Shown here piece after piece: positions 23,992 to 36,594 of a stretch of 64,000 nt of DNA. Each line of letters starts with the position of its first letter. The first letter of the stretch is position 1. The DNA is taken from positions 496,001 to 560,000 of the forward strand of contig JAWMAR010000279.1 in assembly GCA_036785375.1 (NCBI GenBank), read 5' to 3'. Origin of the DNA: Leucoraja ocellata. Lineage: Eukaryota. A program made the translations under genes and the position numbers. Under the pieces are notes generated by a model. It saw only the letters and a program-made list of their open reading frames with translations. It did not search any database and was not told where the DNA came from.

Positions 23992-25311
23992 CTAAAGTGC
24001 AGACCCATTGGGTCTGCTCCCCAACGCAAAATATTCCACCACTCACCCGTTCCCCCAACACAACCCGTTTCCCCAACGCAATGTTCCACCACTCACCCAT
24101 AGCCCCTAACTGTGCAGGCACGGCTCATTTCCCCTCAGCCCCAAGCACACCCTTCTCCTCCTCTTCATCGTCCTTCTTTCCCCTCTCCTCCTCCTCTCCC
24201 TCACCTCCCACCCTCTCCTTTCCCCTACCATCAGTCACTCTCTCCCTACCTCCCTCGCTCCCTGACTCATCTCCCCTCCCTACCCACCTCCTATCCATCT
24301 ATCTTCCACACCACCCCTAAACCCCCCACTATCCCTCCTGACCCCCCCCCCCACTGCAGTCCTTGCCTCTATTTCCCACTTCCTACCTCCCTTACTCCCC
24401 CCTCCTCTACCTTTATTCCCCCTCCTCCTCCACTCTCCTCATGTCCCCCACTTTCCCCTCTCTCTATCCTTACCCCATCCGCTCCCTCAATCCCCCCACT
24501 CGCCCTCCTCACCTCCCCAGGTATTCCTCACTCCCTCCACTCCCCCCCCTCTATTCACCCTCCACCCCCGCTCTCCTTCCTCCACTTTCCCCCTTCTCAT
24601 TCCCTACCCCCTCCTCTCCCTCAATCCCCCCACTCTCTCCTCATCTCCCCAGGATCTCGAGGTTGCCACTCCTCTGCCTCCTTGCGTGCCCGCAGCAGCA
24701 GCAGCCGTCGGCGTCAGCCCCAAGGCAGCAGATCCCCGTGGGTCCGGCGGAGAGCCAGCCTCAGCGCCAGGCTCTGGATCCTCGGTGCGACCTCAGCCGG
24801 CCGCCCCCAGACCCAGAGCCGGCCACTGGCTGCCGCCGCCGCCAGCCTCAGTGCCCAGGTCCCAGATTGTCGCATGGCCTCTCCCCGTCACCGGCCAGTG
24901 GGCGAGGCGGGCACCGCCTTTCCTTTTCACGTTGGAACATTCTCATCGCTGTGGGCTGCGTCCACGCAGATTGGTCTCCACTCCTTGACAGCGGACACGG
25001 CCAATCAGAGCGGTGATGGTGCAGGAAGGGGCATCGCCATCCTGGTCGTGGCAGTGACTGACAGGACAGGAGACCAATCTGCGTGGCGGAGACGAGCTGG
25101 AGAGGAGACCACTGCGCAGTTTTTAAGATTTTAAAACCTTAATAACTTTTTAAATATACCATTGATCAGAACAAAACGTATTGCACTCGCAGTACAGGAG
25201 AATGGCGAGTAAAGTGGTGAAAAATCATAGCGCTAACGTGTACCGTTTTTGCGCAAATAGAAAAAATGTGCAAACCGGAAGATGACAAGATCAGTTTTAG
25301 TTATGTATAGA
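23992..25311 (-). mobile_element. Non-autonomous Helitron
   Basis: The minus strand begins A|TCTATACATAAC and ends with the hairpin GCAGACCC-AAT-GGGTCTGC, then ACTTTAG|T (variant of CTRR). A/T insertion site, no TSD, low-complexity interior. Confidence 0.75.
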
Positions 25312-25519
25312 TCCGATACCTAGCCACAAGTGAATACTTTTCCCCCAATAGAGTCTATATTTCCGATACATTAGCAACAATTTAAATAGTTATTTCAACA
25401 CATGTCTGTTTGTCTATTGTCATACCATTTTAACTAACTTTTCATTCAACCTCTTCCTATTTAATTGCAGTATAATGTTCTGATTTCATAATTCACTTTC
25501 AAACTAGATATGAAACAAG

Positions 25520-25848
25520 GTCAGAAGTGATAGGAGCAGAATTAGGCCATTCGGTCTATCAAGTATTCCGCCATTCAATCATGCCTGATCTATTTCTCCA
25601 TCCTAACCCCATTCTCCAGCCTTTTCCCCATAACCCTAGATGTCCATACTAATCAAGAATCTATCTATGCCTTAAAAATATCAATTGGCGGCCTCCGCAA
25701 CCTCTGTGGCAAAGAAATCCACAGATTCACCACCCTCTGACTAAAGAAATTCTTCCTCATCTTCCTAAAGGAACGTCCTTTAATTCTGAGGCTATGACCT
25801 CTGCTCCTAGATACTCCCACTAGTGGAAACATCCTCTCCACATCCAAG
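25520..25848 (-). mobile_element. CR1 3' end
   Basis: MDVERMFPLVGVSRSRGHSLRIKG...FFSQRVVNLW. Confidence 0.85.
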
Positions 25849-25874
25849 CCATCATATTATGACCACTCATTTCC

Positions 25875-26710
25875 AGAAGGTAGACAAAAATGCTGGAGAA
25901 ACTCCACGGGCGAGGCAGCATCTAAGGAGCGAAGGAAATAGGCGACGTTTCGGGTCGAGACCATTCTTCAAACCAATGTGGAGGTGGGGGGGGGCGGGAA
26001 GAAGAAAGGAAGAAGCGGAGACTGGGCTGTGGGAGAGCTGGGAAGGGGAGGGGAAAGAGGGAGAAAGCAGGGACTACCTAAAATTGCAGGTCAATATCCA
26101 TACCGCTGGGGTGTAAACTACCCAAGCGAAATATGAGGTGCTGTTCCTCCAATTTACGGTGGGCCTCACTCTGGCCATGGAGGAGGCCCATGACAGAAAG
26201 GTCGAATTCGTAATGGGAGGGGGAGTTGAAGTGCTGAGCCACCAGGAGATCAGGTTGGTTATTGGGAACCGAGTGGAGGTGTTGGGCGAAGTGATCACCA
26301 AGCCTACGCTTGGTCTCACCAATGTAGAGCAGCTGACACCTAGAGCAGCGGATTCAATAGATGAGGGAGGAGGTGCAGGTGAACCTCTGCCGCACCTGGA
26401 AAGACTGCTTGGGTCCTTGGATGGAGTCAAGGGGGGAGATAAAGCGACAAATGTAGCATTTCCTGCGGTTGCAAGGGAAAGTACCAGGAGAGGGGGTGGT
26501 TTGGGTGGGAAGGGATGAATTGACCACGGAGTTACGGACGGAGCTGTCACTGTTTTACATGACGGTTGGTAGGGTGAAAGGTGAGGACAAGGGGGACTCT
26601 GCCCTTGTGACGAGTGGGGGGGATGGGGAGTGAGAGCAGAGTTAAGGGATATAGATCAGACCCTGGTGAGAGCCTCATCTATAGTAGAAGAGGGGAACCC
26701 CCGTTCCCAA
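25875..26710 (-). mobile_element. Penelope-like element, GIY-YIG endonuclease end plus terminal repeat
   Basis: Reverse complement matches 30062-30872 (QLLYIGETKRRLGDHFAQHL...LEEQHLIFRLG); degenerate hammerhead at about 25943-25971. Confidence 0.88.
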
Positions 26711-26893
26711 AAGACATCTTGTTTACCAGCAGATTAACAATTAATCTTCTTTTATTATGCATGATCAGGTGCAAAATAACCCACAAACTGGTTGGAAATG
26801 CAAGAGTGCAGCCTCTTGTATTTTGAGCAAAAAAGTGCTTAAGCGCCTTCACCACTTTGTGTTCCATAACAATTAAAATAACATTCACAAAAG

Positions 26894-27025
26894 CTGAAGA
26901 AGGGTCCTGACCCGAAATGTCACCCATTCCTTCTCTCCAGAGATGCTGCCTATCCCACTGAGTTACTCCAGCCTTGTGTCTACCTTCGATTTAAACCAAC
27001 ATCTGCAGTTCTTTCCGACGCACAG
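26894..27025 (+). mobile_element. Mini-Penelope terminal unit starting at a hammerhead core
   Basis: CTGAAGA-agggtcctgaccc-GAAA-tGTC, followed by acccattccttctctccagagatgctgcc...catctgcagttc. Confidence 0.75.
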
Positions 27026-27337
27026 GATCAAAAGCTTAACGGAAGCTATTTTTACCAGGCTCATTTTAATTGGTGGTGTAAGGGAAATACTGTAATGGTG
27101 ATGGGAGTTAAGGGTTCAGGCAGTGATGGCTGGTATTATGATTGTGTGACAAAGAACCAAAATAGCTGTCTAAGTGCAAAATATGGCAAAGGAAATTAGT
27201 GGTTAAAGATTGTTCGGAAAGCAACATAATGATTTAGAAACTGGGTCAGTGATCTTAAAATTAGTTTGTTAGATTTGCAAAGCAAGTTAAATGTGATAAA
27301 GATAAAGATTAGAATTTACGGACAAGGCGCGAATAAT

Positions 27338-28112
27338 AGACAGATAGGCAAATACTTTATTAATCCCCTTTCTGGGAAATTCAGATGTCCTGCAGCACAC
27401 TAATAAAAATACAACATAACATTAAAGAAGAAATTTAACATTAAAACATAAAAACATCCCCCCCACAATTGTTCCCACTGTGGGGAAGGCACAAAGTCCA
27501 GTCCTCTTCCACTTGTCCACCCATGGTCTGGCCTATTGAGGCCTCCGCAGCCGCCGCCACAGCGGCCCGATGTTTTAGGCCCTCTCGCCAGACGATGGTG
27601 CTCCGGCGTCGGGAGAACCCTCTCAGCTGCTTGGGATACCTGGAATGGCCGCTTCCTTTTGACCTTATGACCTGGAATTACTGCGGCTCCCAAAGCCAAC
27701 AGACCGTGCTGGTTGGAGCTCCAACACTGGCGATCTCGGAGAGAGATCACAGGCTCCCGATGTTAAAGTTAGCGCCGCCGCCCATGGCTGGCCGCTCCAC
27801 AGACCCGCAGCTCCGCGATGTTCCATCGGTGGACTCAGCATTCCGGAGCTCTGCTCCGTGAAGGTGTTCCAGCGCTGTGCCGCCACCGAAGCCGTGGTTC
27901 TGGCCAGTCCCCTCAGAAAACGCCGCTCCAGTCCTGATGGTAGGCCGCGAGGACAGGGCAAAGATGCGGCTCGGAGGAAAACCGCCTCTCTGCAAAGGTA
28001 GGGGCTGAGAAAAGCAGATTCACCCTCCTCCCCCCCCCCCCCCACACATAAAAAGACTAGACCCCCAACAATACATTTTTAACGTACTAAAAAAAATTAA
28101 AAAAAAATTATT
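27338..28112 (-). mobile_element. GC-rich non-autonomous retroposon with a Rex1-like tail
   Basis: Body related to 33182-34180 and 61560-62565; the 3' end on the minus strand is aatttcccagaaaaggggattaataaagtatttgcctatc. Confidence 0.65.
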
Positions 28113-29039
28113 GGACATGGTTGTGAACATTTCCACACGATAGATACTAAGATATTGGCCTTGAGCTATACTAATATTCCAAAGCTTTGTCCAATATTGC
28201 AAAGGGTTAAAAGGTTGGGAAAAAGTTTAGGCAAAGAACAAAAATCAATGTTAACCATTAGATGGTAAATAAAGTTTTGTTCCTTTAAGGGAAAAATGGA
28301 TGCCTCCGTAACCATTTATAATATCCTCAGAATTCAAATGAAATTTCTTGTTTGTTTACTCTACTCCCACTTTCTTCACTTCCAACTTCTCAGTAGTTGT
28401 ATAATTGGCCTACTTTGAATCAAGTTTATATTATATATTTTAAGATAAAGAAACAATTCATTGTTGTGTTTACATTTTAGAAACTGGTGTGCAGCATATA
28501 CGCCATTTTAGACAATGGCTGGATTTTTGGCATGTGATTTATGTGATGTCATGCTGCTCGATCACACACCAAAGTTAGACAATTACTCATCACAACTTTC
28601 CAAGTCTAAATGAGCAAAGCGTTTTCTGCTCCTTCTCCTACAATTAGAGACCTCTAAACATTGATTATAAATCCTGTTGTCTTACTGAAATTGGCGTACT
28701 AGGGATTAAAAACCAGCAAAAATGTCTAAATAATTGCATGTTATCATAGTTACCAACATGTTGTAGCCTGCTGCAAGGAACCCACACAATGCAACCAGCA
28801 ATACTAAAGATTTTTCAAATTGGAACAGACTACTGACAAATTTTGTTTTAATGTAATTTACATAAACACTTAATTAAAATCTGTTACATTCTGTTTGTAG
28901 TTTGTTTGGTTGTTTGTTTGTTTGTCTTTTTGCACAAAGTCCGCAAGCATTGCCACTTTTCATTTCACTGAACATCTCGTATGTGTATGTGACAAATAAA
29001 CTTGACTTGACTTGAAAATCAAAAATGTTTCAGCTATTG

Positions 29040-29425
29040 AACACCAATAGTTGGGTGCCTCGGGGGGTCAGTGCTGGCCTATTGTTGTTTCATCATTGAC
29101 ATCGATTTGAATGAAAATCTTCAAGTCATGATAAATGAGTTTGCACTAAATAGGTGGCATCGTACTCAGTGAAGATGGTATCAAAAATTAGTGTTGGTTC
29201 TTGATCAGGTGGGTAATGGGCGGAGGAATGATTCATGGATTTTAATTCAGATAAGTGTGCAGTGTTGGATTTTAGGAAGTCCAACAAATGCAGGAACAAG
29301 TTGCGCAGGTACATAGTTAGGAAAGATTTAGAGGGATACGGGCCAAAAGCAGGCAAATGGGATTTGCTTAGATGGGGCATCGAGATCGGCATGGACGAGT
29401 TGTCTAATGGGCCCGTTTCCATGCT
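29040..29425 (+). mobile_element. Decayed CR1 with internal deletion
   Basis: GVPRGSVL-like segment, then MDFNSDKCAVLDF joined directly to LEGYGPKAGKWD. Confidence 0.65.
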
Positions 29426-29919
29426 CTTACCAAGCAGAAAGTACAAATATCCATCCAACATCTTCTTCAAAGAATGGTGTGTTTCAAAACAATGGCCTAT
29501 TATGCAATGGCCTATATCTTCTACCATTTTTTTATTAACACTATCATTTGGCTAGACTGCATAAATAGAAAAATATATTGCAAAATTATGTGGATGCTGG
29601 ACATCAGAAATAATAAAGGAATGCTGGAAGCACTTAACAGTTTAAGCCACAGCCATGACAAGAGAAACAAATGGATTCTCAGTCCACAGATGTTGCTAGA
29701 TTGGTTGAGTAAATCCCAGCATTTTCTGGTCATGATTCCTAAGCATAAATATCTGCACCATACCATTGAATACAAATGAGGAGAATTCCTGTGCTTTAGT
29801 CTTCAGTAATTTCCCAATAATGTTTACAGTGATACTCAGAAACTAGTTACAAGCTCTTACAAGAGGGCAACACAATTCATGTTAGGGGCAGCCACCAAAG
29901 TTGGGTTTTGGACCAACAT

Positions 29920-30055
29920 CTTGAAAATTCAGCGGCGACCAGAAAGCTACGACTCTTTGGAGACCTTTCACGACCATAGACCTCTCACTTCCATACAGGC
30001 TGCATGGTCGTGACAGGTCTACTATGGTCGTGAGAGGTCACCCGCGACATGTCAT
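29920..30055. mobile_element. Internal fragment of a palindromic MITE
   Basis: Inverted repeats gacctttcacgaccatag / ctatggtcgtgagaggtc; termini not visible. Confidence 0.4.
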
Positions 30056-30061
30056 CGTAAA

Positions 30062-30872
30062 TGTCCTCATTCTTCAGGGAACGGGGGTTCCACTCCCCTA
30101 CTATAGATGAGGCTCGCACCAGGTTCTCTTCAATACCCCGTAACACTGCTCTCTCTCCCCATCCCCCCCACTCGTAACAAAGGCAAAGTCCCCCTAGTCC
30201 TCACCTTTCACCCCAATAGTCGTCACATATAACAAATAGTCCTCCGTCATTTTCGCCACCTCCAACGTGACCCCACCACTTGTGACAACTTCCCATCTCC
30301 CCCTGTCTGCTTTCCGCAAAGACCGCTCCCTCCATAACTCTCTTGTCAATTCTTCCCTTCCCTCCCGCACCAACCCCTCCCCGGGCACTTTCCCTTGCAA
30401 CCGTAAGAGATGCTACACTTGTCACTTTACCTCCCCCCTCGACTCCATTCAAGAACACAAGCAGTCGTTCCAGGCGCGACAGAGGTTCACCTGCATCTCC
30501 TCCAACCTCATCTATTGCATCCATTGCTCTAGATGTCAGCTGATCTACATCGGTGAGACCAAGCGTAGGCTTGGCGATCGTTTCGCCGAACACCTCCGCT
30601 CAGTCTGCATTAACCAACCTGACCTCCCGGTGGCTCAGCAGTTCAACGCCCCCTCCCATTCCGAATCCGACCTCTGTCCTGAGCCTCCTCCATGGCCAGA
30701 GTGAGCACCACCGGAAATTGGAGGAGCAGCACCTCGTATTCCGCTTGGGCAGTCTGCACCTTAGCGGCATAAACATTGAATTCTCCAATTTCCAGTAGCC
30801 CTTGCTGTCTCCTCCCCTTCTCAGCTCGCCCTCAGCCCTTGGACTGCTCCTCTTCCTTTTTCCTTTCTTCTT
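30062..30872 (+). mobile_element. Penelope-like element, GIY-YIG endonuclease fragment
   Basis: ORF 30267-30704: PGTFPCNRKRCYTC...FTCISSNLIYCIHCSRCQLIYIGETKRRLGDRFAEH. Confidence 0.92.
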
Positions 30873-30899
30873 AATGTTAACATTAATGTTTTAATAACA

Positions 30900-32875
30900 T
30901 CCCTCTCATCCTTCTAAATTCCAGAGTATACAAGCCCAGCCGCTCCACTTTATCAACATAGGACAGTCCCACTATCCTGGCAATTAATCTTGTGAACCTA
31001 CGCAGAACTCCCTCAATAGCAAGAACATCCTTCCTCAAATTGGGAGACCAAAACTGCACACAATACTCCAGGTATAATACTCCACAATACTCACCAGGGC
31101 CCTGTACAGCTTCAGAAGGACCTCTTTGCTTCTATATTCCTCATTATGAAGGCCAACCTGCTGTTCGCTTTCTTCACTGCCTGCTGTACCTGCATGCTTA
31201 CTTTCATTGACTGATGAACAAGGACCCCCAGATCCCATTGTACTTCCCCTTTTCTAAACCTGACTGCATTTAGATAAGAATCTGCCTTCCTGTTTTTGCT
31301 ACCAAGTGATAACCACATTTATCCACATTAAACTGCATCTGCCATGCATCCGCCCACTCACCCAACCTGTCCAAGTCACCCTGCATCCTCATAGCATCCT
31401 CTTCACAGTTCACACTGCCACCCAGCTTTGTGTCATCTGCAAATTTGCTAATTTTACTTTGAATCCCTTCATCTAAATCATGAATGTATATTGTGAATAG
31501 CTGCAGACCCAGAACCGAGCCTTTACCCCACTATTCACTGCCTGCCATTCTGAAAGGGACCCGTTAATCCCTACTCTTTGTTTCCTGTCTGCCAATCAAT
31601 TTCTATCCATTTCAGCACCCTACCCCCAATACCGTGTATTTTGCCCACTAATCCCCTGTGGGATTTTATCAAATGCTTTCTGAAAGTCCAGGTACACTAC
31701 ATCCACTGGCTCTCCCTTGTCCATTTTCCTTGTTACGTCCTCAAAAAATTCCAGAAGATTAGTCTAGCATGATTTCCCCTTCATAAATCCATGCTGAATC
31801 GGACTAATCCTGCTACCGTTATCCAAATGTGCTGCTATTTAATCTTTTACAATTGACTCCAGCATCTTCCCCACCACAGATGTCAGGCTAACTGGTCTAT
31901 AATTCCCTGTTTTCTCTCTCCCGCCTTTCTTAAAAAATGGGATAACATTAGCAACCTTCCAATCCACAGGAACTGATCCTGAATCTATAGAACATTGGAA
32001 GATCACCAATGTGTCTACAATTTATAGAGACACTTCCTTAAGTACCTGGGATGCAGACCATCAGGCCCTGGGGATTTATCAGGCCCTGGGGATAGACTGA
32101 TGGGACCTTCAGTCCCATCAGTCTATCCAACACCATTTCCTGCCTAATGTGGATTTCCTTCAGTTCCTCCGCCACCCCAGATCCTCTAGCCACTAGTAAA
32201 TCAGGGAGATTGTTTGTGTCCTCCTTAGTGAAGACGGATTCAAAGTACCTGTTCAACTCGTCTGCCATTTCCTTGTTCCCCATAATAAATTCACCTTTTT
32301 CAGTCTTCAGGGGTCCACTAAATTTATAAGACTATTTGGTTTTAACTACATTTTTCCTCTCCACATACCTAAAGAATCTTTTACTATCCTATATATTCTA
32401 GGCTAGCTTACCTTCATACCTCATCTTTTCTCCCCGTATTGCCTTTTTAGTTATCATTTCTTGCTCTTTAAAAGTTGCCCCATCCTCTGGCTCCCACTCA
32501 TCTTTGCTATGTTATATTTTTTCTCCTTTATTTTTATACTGTCCCTGACTTCACTTGTCAGCCACGGTCACCACTTGCTCCCCTTGGAATCTTTCTTCCT
32601 CTTTGGAATGAACTGATCCTGCGCCTTCTTTATTGTTCCCAGAAATACCTGCCAATGTTGCTCCACTGTCATCCCTGCTAGGGTATCTTTCCAGTCAACT
32701 TTGGCCAGCTCCTCCCTCATGGCTCCATAGTCCCCCTTGTTCAACTGTAATACTGACACCTCAGATTTACTCTTCTCCCTCTCAAATTGTAGATTACAAC
32801 TTATCATATTATGGTCACTACCTCCTAATGACTCCTTTACCTTGAGTCAGTCCCCTTATCAAATCCTGCTCATTC
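30900..32875 (-). mobile_element. CR1 ORF2 fragment (endonuclease end, tether, RT), decayed
   Basis: MGNKEMADELNRYFESVFTKED, NKGDYGAMREELAKVDW and FADDTKLGG. Confidence 0.88.
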
Positions 32876-33181
32876 CGGTATTTTACAAAAGGAATTATAA
32901 ATGACTGTGTGCATTAAATGCAGTGTTAATTGGTAGAAGAATCAAGACGTTCGAATTCATAAAAAGTGTGATGAACACGTGCATATTTTAAAAATAAATT
33001 TTAGTATTTGAGGTTTTATAAGGACATTGACTCAATGAGATCAAAGTGTATAGAGAAAGACTATCTCATGTGACATTAGTGAAACAAATTAGGTTGGAAG
33101 TTTATCTGATGGCTGATTCATATTTTCAAATATTTCATTCTGATGGCTCTACTAACAGTGATTCAGTATGCTTATTATTCA

Positions 33182-34145
33182 GGGGGAGGAGCCATCTTGG
33201 TGATGGCCAGCCAGCAGCCGTCCCTTTTAAATTCGTTTTTTTTATAGTTTTTAGTGAGTCCTGTTTTTTGTTTGTAGGGGATATGGTCTTTTTAATGTGG
33301 GGGGTAGGTGTAACTTTATTTCTAGGTCCCTACCTGGTCGGTGTGGCAGCCTTTACTCCGGGCTGCCCGTCGACCCGTCCTCGTGGCCTACCAGCGGGCT
33401 TGGAGCGCCTTTCCTGGTGGGGACCGCCCAGCATCTCGGCCTCGGCAGCGGCCCCACGCTGGAGTGGGCAATGCCTTGCCTGGGTCGCCGCGCTGGAGCT
33501 CTGGCGAGCTGGACCGCCGAGAGCAACATCTCCAGGCTGCGGGTCTGCGGAGCGGAAAGGCGGCCGCGGAGAGGCGGCGCATGGAGAGGCGGCAGTGCAG
33601 AGAGGCGGCGCCGACTTTTTCATCGGGAGCCTGGGAGTTCCAAACCGGCGCGGCCTTGTCGGCTTCGGCAGCTGCGGGCTCCAACCAGGAAGCGGCCGTT
33701 CCAGGTGGCCCAGCCGCCGAAAGGACTCCCTATGCCAGGGCAAAACCACCCAGTGAGAACGGCCAGGGACATCGGGCCTCCGTAGAGGCAATTGCGGTGG
33801 CCTCAATCGGCCTGACTTTTGGGTGAACATGGGGTGGGGACTGGACATTGTGCCTTCCCCCACAGTGCTATCCACTGTGGGGGGATGATTTTTTTGTCTA
33901 ATTGTAATCCTGTAAGTCTGTGTCCAAGATGGCTGCCGTGAAGAGAGAGTGGACGCTGGCGCGCTTTGGCTGCCGCTGCTCTCTTTTCACATTGTGTTTT
34001 TGATTTTCTGTTTTTGGATTGAATTCTGTTTTTAATTTGTGTCTCTGTGATGTCTTTATTACTTATTTTATTCCGATTATATGTTTTTATTCCGATTACT
34101 ATGTAAGGTGTCCTTGAGATGTCTGAAAGGCGCCCATTAAATAAA

Positions 34146-34180
<35 letters not shown>
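33182..34180 (+). mobile_element. GC-rich non-autonomous retroposon with an L2-like (TTA)n tail
   Basis: Starts ggggaggaGCCATCTTGG and ends gtaaggtgtccttgag...gaaaggcgcccattaaataaaattt(att)n; flanked by TTATTATTCA at 33172-33181 and 34172-34181. Confidence 0.75.
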
Positions 34181-34181
<1 letters not shown>

Positions 34182-34702
34182 ATCTACAATGCTATCATTT
34201 GAAAATGTGGTCACTAGGAAAGCTGAACGCAGAACAGTGAAATTAATTATTTTCAAAAATAGCATTCTTCAGTGACAAGTGAAATGTAAAATTATATGTT
34301 TTCAACAATTGTGAAGAGAATCTACAGGTGATCAGTTCTTTCTAATTTATGTTGTTGTCAAACAAGTCCAGCTTTCAGTAGAACTGCCAATGTTGATGAC
34401 AAGCTTGCAGAATTGGAGTGACACCAACAGAAATGAACTGCGCAAGTGAGGAAATTTGGGAACTGAAGGAGCTTTTGGCATGGTGGAAGTTGATTTTAAT
34501 AAGTTATTTTGTATTTGTGTATCAGACAATGTCAGAACACCCTTCAGCAGAGTAAACCCTCGGAAAGCAAATGGACCAGGTGTGTTCTCAAAAACTGTGC
34601 AGACCAACCGACTAGTTTTTTCAGACATCTTCAAACTCTCATCACTGAGGTCTGAGGATCCCACCTGCTTTGAAAGGGCATTAATAATACCCAAGAAAAG
34701 AT

Positions 34703-34845
34703 AGGTACACAAAAATGCTGGAGAAACTCTGCGGGTGCAGCAGCATCTATGGAGCGAAGGAAATAGGCAACGTTTTGGGCCGAAACCCTTCTTCAGACTG
34801 ATGGGAGGTGGGGGTGGGGAGAAGAAAGGAAAAAGGAGGAGGAGC
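34703..34845 (-). mobile_element. Penelope terminal repeat with mutated hammerhead
   Basis: Same sequence as the 10971-11047 arm; CTGAAGA at 34796-34790; GAAA changed to AAAA. Confidence 0.8.
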
Positions 34846-34847
34846 CG

Positions 34848-36115
34848 CTGCTTCAAGACTGGAAGAGTATTCCTGGTCTGACTGGACATGAGTTGCTGAG
34901 CCGGCGAACCAAGTGTGTGATCACGTGGAATGTGGCAGAGATTAAGAAGATCCAAAACACGTCAGACCCTGACCCTGCTGGACTTCTCCATGAGCTCCTT
35001 TGCACTGCGGACAGCTCGCTCAGCCAGCCCATTCGACTGGGGGCACGCTGGACTGCTGGTGATGTGCTTATAGTCCCATTCCTTTGCAAAGTCCTTGAAA
35101 AGCTGACTTGTGAATTGGCCACCATTGTCAGACATGAGGGTTTGAGGTACCCCATGGACCGAAAAATGCCTTGCAAGTTTCTTGACAACCGCCGCAGCAG
35201 AAGCTGCGGGGAGCAGATGGATCTCAAACCACCAAATCAACCAGGGCCAAGTATTGGTTGCCACGTCAGTCGAAAAAATCAGTAGCCTCCATAGACCAGG
35301 GCAAGTCAGGAACCGGGTGCTACAAAAGAGGATCTTTCTGTTGATGTGGAGCCATGCTGTTGCACACAGTGCAGGACTGCACCCTCTGGTGTATATAATC
35401 TGACATGGCAGGCCAGAAAAACATGCTCTTTGCTCGTAGCTTCAGTAGCTTCAGAACCAAGATTATCTGTGTATGATGTCAAAGTACTTTGTTGTAGTGA
35501 AGCCGGGATCACTGCCTTATGGCCCTTTTTGATAACCCCACCTTCAATGGCCAGTTTGTTTCAGACAGAAAAGTAAAGCCGACCAGCAAGCGGAAGTGAA
35601 TGCTGATTGCCAGACCATCCGTGATTGATGACCAAGGCGAGCATCTGCAGGGTGGCATCTTCTGCCGTACGAACCACCAAGGTATCCAGATGTGAAGGAT
35701 GAGTGAAATCAATTGCAATAACGTCAAACGTATCTATTTCTGATGTGTGCTGGGCGCTCGACCTCCTGGGAGCACGGGATAATGTGTCAGCCAGATACAT
35801 GTGCTTGCCCTGCTTGTAAGTGAGATATAATTCATACTTCTGGAGCTGCAGCCACATTCTTAGCAGGCGTGCAGGAGCAGGATGTATAGGCTTGTTGAAA
35901 GTTGGTAGTCAGTCTCCATGGTAATAGCTTTGCCAAAAATGTAATAGTCGAATTTGACACGTGCAAAGACCACTGCCAGTAATTCCTTCTCGATCTGGGC
36001 ACACCTCGTCCCCGTGTCTGTCATCGTCCTGGAGGCATAAGCAACAAGCTGCTCATCCTGCAGACATGCTGCCCCGAGGCCATACTGGGATGCATCACAG
36101 GTCAAAGTACAAAGT
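34848..36115 (-). mobile_element. Ty3/Gypsy pol fragment (RNase H to integrase), decayed
   Basis: TCDASQYGLGA...AQIEKELLAVVFA; YKQGKHMYLADTLSRA; FSVHGVPQTLMSDNGGQF...PQSNGLAERAVR. Confidence 0.9.
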
Positions 36116-36151
36116 TAATTTGCACATGGTGTCGGAAGTGGGATTTTGGTT

Positions 36152-36283
36152 NNNNNNNNNNNNNNNNNNNNNNNNNNNNNNNNNNNNNNNNNNNNNNNNN
36201 NNNNNNNNNNNNNNNNNNNNNNNNNNNNNNNNNNNNNNNNNNNNNNNNNNNNNNNNNNNNNNNNNNNNNNNNNNNNNNNNNNN
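36152..36283. other. Assembly gap
   Basis: Run of N. Confidence 1.
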
Positions 36284-36339
36284 ACAACAAAATTACAGGT
36301 ACACTGCCCGAGCGGAGCTCCAACGTATCAGATAAATAA

Positions 36340-36590
36340 TATCGACAATGGAAACAACAAGAAAAACATTGTCAAGTCAGAATGTGCAATATTTCACAGT
36401 ATAGTGTTGTGGCAGTACAAAATATTGGCTAGGAGGGGTGTGTGTTCAGTGCAGACTTCAGAGTGATGATGGCCTTGGGGTAGAAACTGTTTGTTAATCT
36501 TGTGGTGTGTGATTTGATGGACCTGTAATGCTTTCCTGAAGGCAGGGCAAACAAGTGATGTGCAGGATGAGATGAATCCTTTAATATGCG
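36340..36590 (-). mobile_element. Rex1/Babar 3' fragment
   Basis: KATRILKDSSHPAHHLFALPSGKHYRSIKSHTTRLTNSFYPKAI. Confidence 0.8.
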
Positions 36591-36594
36591 TGTT

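Noticed and set aside
24112-25134. 340-aa Pro/Ser-rich ORF
   Set aside because: Translation of the low-complexity interior of the Helitron.
33046-33875. Several overlapping ORFs on both strands (also 27400-28045, 56879-57917, 61955-62499)
   Set aside because: GC-rich repeat body; frames are not conserved between the related copies.
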